45,476 nucleotides of DNA. It comes from Piedraia hortae CBS 480.64 (lineage: Eukaryota). The notes beneath the pieces were generated by a model. It ran no database searches, was not told where the DNA came from, and saw only the letters and a list, made by a program, of their open reading frames with translations. The first letter of the stretch is position 1, and every line of letters starts with the position of its first letter. Position numbers and translations under genes: made by a program. This document shows, piece by piece, positions 33,919 through 45,136 of this stretch. The stretch spans positions 62,001 to 107,476 of the forward strand of contig MU006007.1 in the NCBI GenBank assembly GCA_010093745.1, given 5' to 3'.

Positions 33919-35177
33919 TCAACCCACCAAATCCGCCACATTGATTGGCATCTCATCAATCTGCGTCGCATAGTATAGCTCGATATCCCTCAGAATCCGC
34001 ACATCATCCTCCGTCACAAAATTCACAGCTACACCCTTCCGCCCAAACCGCCCCGAGCGACCTATACGATGGATATAATTCTCCCGATTAGACGGCAAGT
34101 CGTAGTTGATAACGAGTGAAACCTGCTGGACATCAATCCCTCTAGCCCAGACGTCCGTAGAGATGAGGACACGCGAGTTTCCCTGTCGGAACTGATTCAT
34201 GATTTCATCTCGTTCTTTCTGTGGCATTTCGCCGTGCATGCTGGATACGGTGAAATTTGCTTCGCGCATTTTTTCAGTTAACCAGTCGACTTTGCGTCTT
34301 GTATTGCAGAAGATGACGGCTTGGGTGACGGTTAGAGTGTCGTATAGATCGCAGACGGTGTCGAATTTCCATTCTTCTTTTTCGACGGAAATGAAGTATT
34401 GTTTTAGGCCTTCTAGGGTTAGTTCGTCGCGTTTGACGAGGATGCGGACGGGGTCGGTCATAAATTTTGTGGTCATGTCGAGGACGTCGTAGGGCAGTGT
34501 GGCGGAGACGACGACGACTTGGGTGGCGGGCGGGAGGTAGCGGTATACGTTGTAGATTTGCTCGCGGAACCCCCGGTTGAGGAGCTCGTCGGCCTCGTCC
34601 AAGACCAGCATTTTGATGTTGCGCGTTCGTAGATTTCGTCGTCGGATCATGTCTGCGACGCGGCCGGGAGTGCCGGAAACGACGTGCTGTCCGTGGTCGA
34701 GCTTGCGGATGTCTTCGCCCACGTTTGTGCCGCCGATGCAGGCGTGGCATTGGACGTTCATGTAGTCGCCTAATGCGAGGATGACGGATTGGATCTGAGT
34801 AGCCAGTTCGCGGGTCGGGGAAAGGACAAGGGCCTGCGTCTCGCGAACGGCGGTATCGATAACTTGTAATATGCTGATGCTGAATGTCGCCGTTTTGCCA
34901 GTTCCCGACTGCGCCTGGGCGATGGTATCTCGCCCCTTGCAAATCTGAACGATGGCACGCGACTGTACCGCCGACGGAGATTCGTAGCCGTACGCGTAGA
35001 CGCCGCGGAGGAGGTTTTCCTTTAAATGCATCGCTTGGGGGGTCAGTCGGCTATGATCTCGCCATGGAAGATGGAAAAAAACTCACCCTCAAACGTCGGC
35101 GCAACTTGGACCTCATTGGAAGTCTCAAACTCCATGCGCGAGTCATCCTCGCGGTCTATACCATCAAGATCTGCCAT
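33919..35177 (-). CDS. FAL1: DEAD-box helicase eIF4A-III/Fal1, ~401 aa
   Basis: Exons 35177-35087 and 35033-33919. [57 protein letters not shown]. Confidence 0.95.
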
Positions 35178-35298
35178 GGTGACTGTCGCGTGTTGCGGAG
35201 AAGACGTTGCAGCGGGCGGAAAGATTCCGTCGCAGCTGACTCGCGGGGCAGACCCTTGCGCACCAATCACAAACCTCCGTCTTTCTGCTGCGACGACA

Positions 35299-36768
35299 AT
35301 GCTGTACGAAGACCTGCGCTACATCCATGAGGACGTTGAGCGGCTGGAGCAGGCCATTACCGACTGGGTGCGCGAAGATCCGAAGCGCGTCCGCCGACGG
35401 CTGGTGCGCGACCATGCGATAGCGCGTCTCCTCGACCGCGTCCAGGCGCAGTCGGCCAAGGGATTGCAGTATTACAACGAGCAGCAGCATGCGCTCGCCC
35501 AAGAGGTCCAGTCGCTGAGCGTCGGTGACTCGTTTGCTGAGTTCTACAGGCAAGTCGCTCCCATCAAAGACTTCAACCGCCGATACCCCAACGAACCCGT
35601 CGAGAACCTCGAAACGGCCTACAATTTCTACCGTGAGCCTGAATTTGCGCAGCAGGTTGAGGCCATGTTCACGGGCGAAGAGTCTTTTGGTCGCTACCTT
35701 GATCTGACCATTCTACATGAGGAGTATCTCAACCTTCCCGGCGTCAAGGGCATCCGGAAGCTGACTTATCTGCAATATCTGGACGCCTTTGACGTCTTCG
35801 TGCGGCCACAGTGTCCGGTCACGCGGGAGACCAAGATGACGGAGCCATACTTTGCCTACGTCAACGGTCTGGCCACCTACCTGGAGGGCTTCTACAGGAA
35901 GACGCGGCCGTTGGAGGACACCGACAAAGTCATCCGCATGTTCGATCAAGAGTTTGACGAGCTCTGGGAAAAGGATGCAGTGCCCGGGTGGGAGAAGAAG
36001 GTGGCGACAGAGACTGAAGGCTCCGGACAAGGCATATGGTGCGCTCCCTGTGGAAAGGAATTCAGCAACGAGAACGTATATACCTCACATCTAAAAGGCA
36101 AAAAGCATATCAGAAACGCACAGCAGTCGGGCGAGAATGCCGCTGCGGCTCTCTTGGGGTCCGGGAAGCGGCTAAAAGAACGAGTAGTTGCCGAGCGCGA
36201 ACACCGTGTTCGTAAGCTCTCAGCCGCAATGCCAACGCAGCGCGAAGACACAAGGGTCAATGTGGAGCGGAAGGCAGGCATGACGGACAGAGAAAGACAA
36301 CAAGAGCTGGAAGCGTTGTACAATGAAGACGACGAGTCTGGAGAGGAGCCAGAAGCTGAGGAGGAAGACGGCGAAGAAAAGATTTACAACCCACTCAAAC
36401 TACCGCTGTCCTGGGACGGTAAGCCAATACCATTTTGGCTGTACAAGCTTCACGGTCTTGGGAACGAGTTTCCGTGCGAGATATGCGGAAACTACGTCTA
36501 CATGGGCCGAAGGGCGTTCGAAAAGCACTTTTCTGAGCCAAGACACATATACGGGTTGAAGTGTTTGGGCATCACCCAGACTAGCGTGTTCAGGGAGATC
36601 ACCGGAATCGAAGAAGCGGCGAGGTTGTGGGAAAAGGTCAAGAAGGACAAGATTGCCGAAGCTGCGAGGAAGCAGGGCGGTGATGCGGTAGAGGAGATGG
36701 AGGATGCACAGGGAAACGTGATGCCCAAGAAGGTGTACATGGACCTGAAGAAGGCTCACATGCTGTAG
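35299..36768 (+). CDS. PRP9: U2 snRNP splicing factor SF3a subunit 3 (Prp9/SF3a60)
   Basis: MLYEDLRYIHEDVERLEQA, FTGEESFGRYLDL, Zn finger CAPC..HLKGKKH, YNPLKLPLSWDGKPIPFWLYKLHGL, CEICGN..FEKHF..RH. Confidence 0.93.
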   Translation: MLYEDLRYIHEDVERLEQAITDWVREDPKRVRRRLVRDHAIARLLDRVQAQSAKGLQYYNEQQHALAQEVQSLSVGDSFAEFYRQVAPIKDFNRRYPNEPVENLETAYNFYREPEFAQQVEAMFTGEESFGRYLDLTILHEEYLNLPGVKGIRKLTYLQYLDAFDVFVRPQCPVTRETKMTEPYFAYVNGLATYLEGFYRKTRPLEDTDKVIRMFDQEFDELWEKDAVPGWEKKVATETEGSGQGIWCAPCGKEFSNENVYTSHLKGKKHIRNAQQSGENAAAALLGSGKRLKERVVAEREHRVRKLSAAMPTQREDTRVNVERKAGMTDRERQQELEALYNEDDESGEEPEAEEEDGEEKIYNPLKLPLSWDGKPIPFWLYKLHGLGNEFPCEICGNYVYMGRRAFEKHFSEPRHIYGLKCLGITQTSVFREITGIEEAARLWEKVKKDKIAEAARKQGGDAVEEMEDAQGNVMPKKVYMDLKKAHML

Positions 36769-36832
36769 GCTGTGACATTTCACATGGCGGGGGTGTTAGT
36801 TGGTGGGGCTTGGCAGACACACCGTCAAAACA

Positions 36833-38722
36833 ATGACAGCCAAGGATTGGGCTGAGACCGCCAAGGCGCTGGAGGTGGCAGACGTCAAGAAGCTGCAGCA
36901 GCCGTTGGCCGAATTAGATAATCACCTGACCCTTCGTTCGTACATTGCCGGTTATGAATGTAGTGATGCAGACTTGACCGTATGGAAGACTCTGCGCTCC
37001 AACCGCGTCGCCTACGGGTACATCAAGGGCGGTGCCTTGACAAACGTATTGCGCTGGTTCAATTTTATTGCCGAAACCGAGGCGCCGCAAGTGGAAGCGG
37101 CCAAGCCAAAGGAAACTGCCGACGCGGGCGGGAGCTACGATATCGGGCTGGAAGGGACCGAGAATGGCGTCGTAACGAGGTTTCCTCCGGAGCCGTCGGG
37201 CTATCTCCATATCGGCCATGCGAAGGCTGCTTTGCTAAACGACTACTTCGCCCACGAGAAGTTCAAGGGAAAGATGATTGTGCGCTTCGACGATACCAAT
37301 CCCGCAAAGGAAAAGGCAGAGTATCAGGATGCCATCCTCGAGGACTGTTCATTACTGGGAATCAAACCAGACAAAGTTACCTATACCAGCGACTACTTCC
37401 AGAACTTGTACGACCGATGTGTGCAGATGATCAAGGACGGAAACGCCTATGCAGACAACACTCCGTCTGAGCAGCTCCGGAGCGAGCGTGAGAAGAAGAT
37501 TGAAAGCGCCCACCGGAATGCCTCTCCCGAAGAAAGTCTGAAGCATTTCGAGGAAATGAAGTCGGGGTCCGAGGAAGGCACGAAATGGTACATCCGAGCC
37601 AAGATCGACATGTCCAGCAACAACGGTGCCATGCGGGATCCTGTAATCTACCGCTGTAGTCCACTGCCTCACCACCGCACAGGCGACACGTGGAAGATTT
37701 ATCCCACGTACGACTTTGCCTGTCCCATTGTGGACTCGGACGAAGGCATTACCCACGCGTTGAGAACAACAGAATACAACGACCGAGATGCACAGTATCA
37801 GTGGATCCTGAAGACGCTAAAGCTTCGTCATGTCTACAACTGGAACTTCTCCCGCATGAACTTCATCCGCACCGTCCTGTCCAAGCGAAAGCTGACCAAG
37901 ATTGTAGACGAGGGCGTCGTTTGGGGCTGGGACGATCCTCGCATGCCCACTGTACGAGGCATCCGGCGTCATGGAATGACAATCCCAGCGCTCCGCGAGT
38001 TCTGCATCAAACAGGGTCCCAGCAAGAACATCAACATGATGGACTGGACCTCGTTCTGGGCCACCAACAAAAAATACATTGACCAAGTAGCCGCCCGCTA
38101 CACGGCCATCGTAAAAGCAGACTGCGTCAAATGCACCGTCCTCGGGGCACCAGCCGTTGCACGAATCGAAGAAAAAGACCTCCACGCAAAGTACAACCTC
38201 GGCAAGAAGAAGGTCGTCTTCAGCAGAGACATCATCATCGACCAGGCCGATGCCCAATCCTTCGCCGACGAAGAAGAAATCACCTTGATGAACTGGGGCA
38301 ACGCAATTGTCAAGAAAAAAACCTATTCCCTAAACCCCATCAACGCCATCGCCTCCGCAACAGGTGCAGATACCCGTACCGTGACCGCTCTCGAACTCGA
38401 GCTCCACCTCCAAGGCGACGTCAAGAAGACTTCCAAAAAGATCACCTGGCTAAGCGAGGACCAGCACCTCGTACCCCTAATCATGTACGATTTCGACTAC
38501 CTCATCACCAAAGACAAGCCCGAACCCGACGACAAACTGGAAGAGATCCTCAACCGCAAAACCGAAACCAAAACCGAAGCGTGGGCGGATAGTAACGTCG
38601 CCGGGCTCAAAGAAGACGATATCGTCCAGTTCGACCGTAAGGGGTTCTTCCGAATCGACAAAGCCTTACATCACGGCGAAAGTGTGATAGCATTTCAAAT
38701 CCCCACTGGTCGGAAAATGTAA
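36833..38722 (+). CDS. GUS1: Cytosolic glutamyl-tRNA synthetase
   Basis: GST-like N-terminus (LDNHLTLRSY), VVTRFPPEPSGYLHIGHAK, RFDDTNP, YPTYDFACP, VLSKRKL, GWDDPR, IVQFDRKGFF. Confidence 0.95.
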   Translation: MTAKDWAETAKALEVADVKKLQQPLAELDNHLTLRSYIAGYECSDADLTVWKTLRSNRVAYGYIKGGALTNVLRWFNFIAETEAPQVEAAKPKETADAGGSYDIGLEGTENGVVTRFPPEPSGYLHIGHAKAALLNDYFAHEKFKGKMIVRFDDTNPAKEKAEYQDAILEDCSLLGIKPDKVTYTSDYFQNLYDRCVQMIKDGNAYADNTPSEQLRSEREKKIESAHRNASPEESLKHFEEMKSGSEEGTKWYIRAKIDMSSNNGAMRDPVIYRCSPLPHHRTGDTWKIYPTYDFACPIVDSDEGITHALRTTEYNDRDAQYQWILKTLKLRHVYNWNFSRMNFIRTVLSKRKLTKIVDEGVVWGWDDPRMPTVRGIRRHGMTIPALREFCIKQGPSKNINMMDWTSFWATNKKYIDQVAARYTAIVKADCVKCTVLGAPAVARIEEKDLHAKYNLGKKKVVFSRDIIIDQADAQSFADEEEITLMNWGNAIVKKKTYSLNPINAIASATGADTRTVTALELELHLQGDVKKTSKKITWLSEDQHLVPLIMYDFDYLITKDKPEPDDKLEEILNRKTETKTEAWADSNVAGLKEDDIVQFDRKGFFRIDKALHHGESVIAFQIPTGRKM

Positions 38723-38726
38723 TAGG

Positions 38727-39494
38727 TTACGTGGTTCCTTTTAAGATAGAGAGACATTCTTTCTCTGCCCCCATTTTTTTGTAAAGTCCCAATACTTTCA
38801 GTGAATGCTCCCTCCTCAACTCAACTGCTAGATCGAGGAGGATCGTCTTCCGGAGTTTGTCAACCCTGCTCTGCATCTTCTCCAACAGGGGATGGGAGCC
38901 TACATGTGTCCGTAGGGCAATGATCTCCTCGTATAAACGAACGTGTCTCTCCAAAACCTCCTGCTCGTCATCATCATCGCTATCCCCCTCCTGCTCTTGA
39001 TCATCTTCTTCGCTCAAACCCAACCGCCCCTCCAACTCTGAAACCAACCTCGCAAATTCAAGTATCCCCCTCCCACGCGCAACCTCCCTCCTCATCTCCC
39101 TCTTCTGCACAATCAACTCCGCGATCTCCCGCGCTTGGGAGTTTACCTCGTCTCTCACGCCGGCTACCTCCCTTTGGAAAGCAAGCAAACCCACACGAAG
39201 CATCCCTACCTGCTCCCCGCCCCCTTTAAGCGACCCGCCAAGCGCGAGGAATTCCTCGTAGTGGCTGTTTACGAGGTCGAGGAGTTCCTGGGAGAGGAAT
39301 TGGTTGCGCGTGCGGAGTTCGTGGCGGAGGTCTTCGAGAGTGCGGTGGCGGTTGGAACTTAGGAAAGGGGGAGAGGAGAGGTATGCTGACGCGGAGAAGG
39401 TTGGCGGGCAGAAGGGGGTACGTGGGAGGGTGGGGGGGAAGGGGAGGGAGGAGGTTGAGGAAGGGGAGCTGGGGTGAGATGTTGGTGAGGACAT
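38727..39494 (-). CDS. COG2: Conserved oligomeric Golgi complex subunit 2 (short fungal form)
   Basis: LPFPPTLPR..FSASAYLS..NRHRTLEDLRHELR..ELLDLVNSHYEEFLALG..LRVGLLAF, followed by coiled coil. Confidence 0.8.
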   Translation of the reverse strand: MSSPTSHPSSPSSTSSLPFPPTLPRTPFCPPTFSASAYLSSPPFLSSNRHRTLEDLRHELRTRNQFLSQELLDLVNSHYEEFLALGGSLKGGGEQVGMLRVGLLAFQREVAGVRDEVNSQAREIAELIVQKREMRREVARGRGILEFARLVSELEGRLGLSEEDDQEQEGDSDDDDEQEVLERHVRLYEEIIALRTHVGSHPLLEKMQSRVDKLRKTILLDLAVELRREHSLKVLGLYKKMGAEKECLSILKGTT

Positions 39495-39584
39495 GGTGGG
39501 TGTTGTGTTGGTTCGATGTGGTGGGTACTTGGGGTGGATGGGGTGAGGTGGGGAAAGTGTAATACATTAGCGTAGACGTGATTT

Positions 39585-39790
39585 GGAGGTATAGACATGT
39601 ACTTAATCCTAGCATGGACAGAATATCGAGGGTGGACATGCGATTAACCTGAGCTTGAATGCAGCGAGCACATGAACATGTACTTGATCCCATGCTGAAC
39701 ATGATATCGAGCATGAACAGGTACTTTACTCCACCACGGACACACTAACGAGCATAGACACGTACCCACATCCATAACATGTACCCCTTG
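39585..39790. repeat. Degenerate ~41-bp minisatellite (about 5 units)
   Basis: Core RACAYGTACTT-like motif at 39594, 39635, 39675, 39716, 39757, most copies preceded by CGAG(CAT). Confidence 0.6.
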
Positions 39791-42700
39791 TAAACTACAC
39801 CGTCCCAATTCGGACAAAACTAAACCATGCTGACCTAAACTGATCGAGGACATGTATTTCAACTCGAATTTATTAAAGTTCCACTTTTGACCATTTAATT
39901 TCCTCTTTCGGGTTGCGGTCAGAGGAGACCGAAGGAAAGGACGGAGAATGAAAGGAGTCGGCCGCGTGGGGTGCAACCCCGCGCCGTCTAACGCCTAGGG
40001 TCCGGGCATAAGCTCATTGGGAGCTATGACCCATCCATAGACGTAAAATGGAAAACAAACATAATTTCCTCTTTCGGACATACTTTGATCGAGTCAACGT
40101 GTACTTTGGTTCGCGAGTGGAGGAATCATCACTTTCTGATCGTTTTTTCCTATTTGAGATGGGTTGGGCTGGAGGGGCGGTGATGTCATTCGACGCGACC
40201 CCACCTCGATAGTCGGCCGGCCGGAGGAATACAGACGATGCTCTCTACACATTGTTCCTGCGGTGTCATAGCCCTATCACGTCCACTGTATCAGTGCGAT
40301 ACCTAACGATGGACTACTCTTTGAGAAGGGATGGGCGCTACGCCGGCGCAGAGTTAGTAGGGCCGGAAGCGTCGAAGGCGATGGGGAGGAAGACGACCGG
40401 ATGAAGATGGAGGAAGATTGCTGGTTGCGGCTCTGGAGGGGCAAACTATGCCCATAGAGCTAGACTTTCAGACCGTACGCCGTGAAAGGGAGGCCGAGAG
40501 GAGCAGATAGCTGTAAGAGTCGACCGGCTGAGCATGGCCCGGCACAAGCAGGAAAGGGGTAGTACCTGTGATTTATACGTCACCAAAGATCGACAAGGAA
40601 GCAATGACATATACATCTTATAGCGAGAAAAGTAGCACGACACCAAGCACCCTGGCTCTATCATACAGTACTTAAACTTGAAAGCAAATACGTGTCCGTC
40701 CGCCCATTGAACACGGTGGGAACAACGATATGAAGATTTGTCCCGATAGCATTTTTTAGCAGCGCAGAATCGAAGAAGACCCATTGCATGCCCTTGCCAC
40801 GTATGCCCATGGGTGTGTTCGTCTCCCAAGTCCTCATGACTTGAAGGAAGCTGTTTGGGGTCTGGCATGTCGTTGAGGATGTGGCCCACGATCAATTCTT
40901 GGCCGGTTAAGTCGCGCTTCTTCCATCAGCAGTGCCAAACGAACTCTGCCCAACACGGGTCTTCTCCAAACCAGATATATTCTTGTCTTAGGCCCTCGGC
41001 GAGGTTCATCGGCAGCTGGATTTGCACAATCCAGGTTTGCAAACTGCTACCCCCCTTTGCAGCATCCCGGTGATTATTTTCCACCACGGCGTGCTCAAGT
41101 GTCCAGTAGCTGGCCGGGCAACTTCCATTGAAGCCCCCGCCGCAGCGATGGAAGAAGTAGTCGACGTTTTACATGGCCGTTCGAAAGGAAGAGGGGCTCA
41201 CCTTCCGCGCTCTGGTCATCGACGCATACCATTCTACGGTATAGCGTCTTACAATCAGGGATTTGCGGTGGCGAGCCATCCAAGACTTTGCACGTGGCCA
41301 GCGTGGCAGTCTTCTCGGGCATTCCAGACTTGGTCGGCCAGGTTTAGCTTTTTGCGCTGCCAGGCTCAGAAGACGATTAAGCAGGTATCTTCGCTAAAGG
41401 TGCGGACCTAAAACAGCCCTCCAGAGTTCTTCCGCGCCTGTGTGGTGGTTTGTTAGCTCTTTGATCAAGGTCTTGGTGAAGCAAGCTTGCAGTGAGCTTT
41501 ATGTGGTTTCTGTCACCGATGTCGCCTCCAGGACTTCTGTGCGGTGTTGCTACTTTCCCGACATACCAGTGACCCAAGATGTGGAGCTGATCGTTGTCCA
41601 TCGCGACCCTTGACCCAGTGGCGCCTATACATTGCCTCCTCGGGTTGCACTTCTTCAACATGGCGATGGCTTGCTTGGATCTATTGCGCATGGCGTATGC
41701 GATGGCTGTACTCACTGCCACATCGTACCATGGACATTCAAGCCATCGAGAGCACCATAAAGAAGACGCTGATCTAAAGCAGAAAGAATTTTAATAAAGC
41801 GCTTGCCCCTCCGGGCGGGTGCTCTTACTTTATGCAAAGAAAATTTGTTTGTTTTATGCGACCGCGGGGTAAGGGTGTGCCAAGACGGGACCATCCGGAG
41901 CTATCAGCCTGACCCACTCTGGCGTGATGTCGACATTATCGAGGAACACCCGGTTCTGTCGAAATTCCTGCTGCCATGGCCGGATTCACTTTAGGAATGC
42001 CCAATGTCATCACGTAGAGGTAGACTTGAAAGTGTTGTCTTGTTCCAATGAATTGTTTGCTACGAAATGTCGAACAATACATTGGACACACATGACGTAA
42101 CTCGACTGCCATTGGCCTCTCTCCATGCTTGACCACCAATTCTGTCGGCATCAAATCTTACATGGATAGACCCTAGACTTCTTCGTCACTGCCCCGGAAA
42201 GCAGCAGACTGTCCAAGCGGCGAGACAAACAAATCCACCCTCCACCGATCCTTCAGCCTTTTTAGGAAACCTCCACCTTTGAGTGTGAGAATAGCGAGTG
42301 CGGGAAAGAGAAGAAGATGAGAATGAAATCCTATCCAAGAACGAGCCGTACGCTAGCTAGCTGGCATATGGAATATGCATGCCATCGTTCGATGGCGAAT
42401 CCTCTGACTTGAAGATCGCCACCATGTCTGGTCCCGCGAGTCTTCTTTCCAAAGTACGGGTGCATTCTGGCATCCTAGTGCAGCAAGCCTATCACCAGGA
42501 ACTGGCTGGCTTCGTCGTACGATCGCAACCTGATGCCATCTTGCGTGATGGCTCGACGGCCTATCCATTGTGCGGGAGCTCCGTACTGAATGAACAGAGA
42601 TAGGTATCCAATTGGGCGAAGGGATGCGAATGATGATTCCTAATCCGCAGCCCAACTCAGCTTACGAATGGCTTGTTTGTTGTATGGCGGCCCTTTGAGG

Positions 42701-45136
42701 TAAGAGTGCAGATGGGCAGCCCCTCATGTGATTGGTGTGTTGTGCCGGTTTGTTTCACATATAGAGTTCGCTGTTGTCGATCTCCGAGAGGGATATTAAA
42801 AACGGCTTGGGTCGTGCCCTTCTTACCAATTCCTGAACAATTAACTCGTGTGACGGACGCCAATTACAGATCGGATTTTTTCTGCGTGTCGGATCTGGAG
42901 CCTTGTCTTTCTTTACGGTTCACGTAAGAACTCAAGTTGATGATTACTCTCCCCACAGATTTTTTTTCTCCCGCGTACTGCTGCATGTTCGATCAAATAA
43001 CCCACAGAGCTATGCGCAAATTCATGATCTGAGCTCATCGGGCTCCTGTCAAACGTGACAATTTTCGTGCGATCGGCCACCTTGGCAAGCCGCAAGATAG
43101 ATCCTGATTGTTTATTGGGCGTCCAATGGATGTAAAAGCTGAGTGCGGCCTGAAGTTGTGTTAACCAGACGGGTTGAGAATGACTCAGTAAGCTTCATGC
43201 CGGTCGACAGAGTTTTGACAGTGACACAGCTCAGTCCATGTGGCTGTTCAGAATCCCAATCGTCTTTTAGCTGTGCTCGTTTCGGTCTTTCCATAGACTT
43301 TCAATTTGATTGCTCCGTATTTTGCTTGCCTTGTTGAGTCTTGTGGTAAGATTGTCGTGATCTAATCGAGAGTCTGCCCTGAGCCTGTGTCCGCTGCTCT
43401 TTATGAGGGGACTTTCTGACGAGGGTTGAGGAGTGGACGGATCTGCAGACGAAGTGGTGAAGAAGTAGTTAGGGTACAATGCGAGTACGGCCGAGCAGCA
43501 GGCAACGTGAGGGCTTGAGACGGGCTTGAAGTTCGTCGCAATTGGAGCAGGGAGAAAAGTGGAGACAAACCTTGACAAATCGTGCAGTCCCAAGCTTGGC
43601 ACTGCAGCCAGCCTACTGGCCACAGCTCCGATAAGTCTGGAAAAGAGTGTCCAGCAGTGCGCTAGTTGTAATCTGCCGCAGGCAGAAGCGGGCGCTGTGC
43701 ACCCATTGCTGCCCAGCATCTCGAGATCAACGCCCAGCGAAGAGGAGTATTTACTACTGTCGGAAGGATGTAGCACCCACCATGACCAGAACCATAGATA
43801 GAAGTCGAAACTTCTCAGTGTTTAAACCTCTATAGAGGAAGTTTTCCCTGAGACGGGTCATTGTCTCGTTCATGCTTAAGGGCATGGCTCGCTGACGTTG
43901 TCCTGGCGAATGCGGTTAGACTGAGGTAGTGTAGAGAAGGTTTCGAACCTCACCTCACATAGAGATAGACATCTAGCACGGTGAGCCCTGTGTCAGATGA
44001 GTTAGATCGGTGGTAGTTAGAACGCCTGAGGCTTCGCAGGGTTTTCTGTATCATAGAGAAGTTTCCCCTGTGACGAGATCACGTCATCGCGTGGTCTCGG
44101 CAAATGCGGTCTGGCCAACTGTGGGTCTGTGGAAGACGTTGCGTTAGCTCTTAGCACGTAGAGACGTACACAATTACACACACCTTTTGACCCAGACCTC
44201 ACGTCTTAACATCTACATTTACCTTTTGGTCAGAGTTGAGTGAACACATTTGTCGTTGATATACGTTCCGCTTTAGTCCTCGGAGGTTAACCCCTCCGAC
44301 AAAGGCCGTTCTGGATGCACTCGCGAAGAGCATTGCCAAAGAGATCGTCAATACAACGTCACAGTCGACGATGGTGTCAACTATGGGCATCCATAAACAG
44401 CAAGCAAACTAAGGGACAAGACTACCAACCCAGCGAACTTTCTTGCAAGCCCCAGCCGAGACCCTAACTTAAGACTGGAAAACGAGGCGCTGCGATACAG
44501 CCATCACCACGAAAACACCAACCGCAAAAGTAGCGAGGCAGAGCAGAAATGCCACCCTCCTGTTCGTACACACGCACGGCTACATTCCTTGGGATCGGCC
44601 TCCTCAGCCTCATTGCCGCATCCGCTCTGACAGTAGAGCTCGAAAAGATGGGCATTTCGTCTGGATATCGACCCAGGAAAGCCGTTGAGTGAGAAGTGAT
44701 TGCCTCACCAGCACAAACAGGATACAAACAGCCTCGTCCAGAATTACCACAGAAAGATCCTCTCATTGTTTTAAATGCCTGTAATCATCTATGACCCCCA
44801 TGGACTTCCCTCCAGTCATCTCGCAATGTTTCTTTGTCCACTGATTCTAGCCCTAACATTAATGTGAGAGTTCAACAGCTCAGAAGAGGTTCACAACACA
44901 AAGCAGCGCATTGTCGACGATATGGGGATCCAGTCTGGGGAAATCGCGGTCCGTTCCGACCCCACCCGAAATGTGGGGGCAATTACATCTCGCTCAAAAA
45001 AGATCCCCTCACTGGATGTCTTAAGTGGGAGGTTGTTCACTTAGACCCAGAAGCGTGCTTAATGATGGTTGCGACTAAGTAAAACCTATTGCTGGGCGAA
45101 GTTTATAGGCCTACACGATAGACAAATGGGCGTAAC

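Noticed and set aside
35026..35298. Long PRP9 N-terminal extension overlapping FAL1
   Set aside because: Antisense to FAL1 exon 1 and its intron; family-like sequence starts at MLYEDLR (35299).
2064..38592. Numerous 60-240 aa antisense or alternate-frame ORFs over real genes
   Set aside because: Shadow ORFs from GC-rich codon usage and skewed tracts; no recognisable motifs.
39585..39790. CRISPR-like array
   Set aside because: Repeats are degenerate, the intervening sequences resemble each other, there are no cas genes, and the context is eukaryotic.
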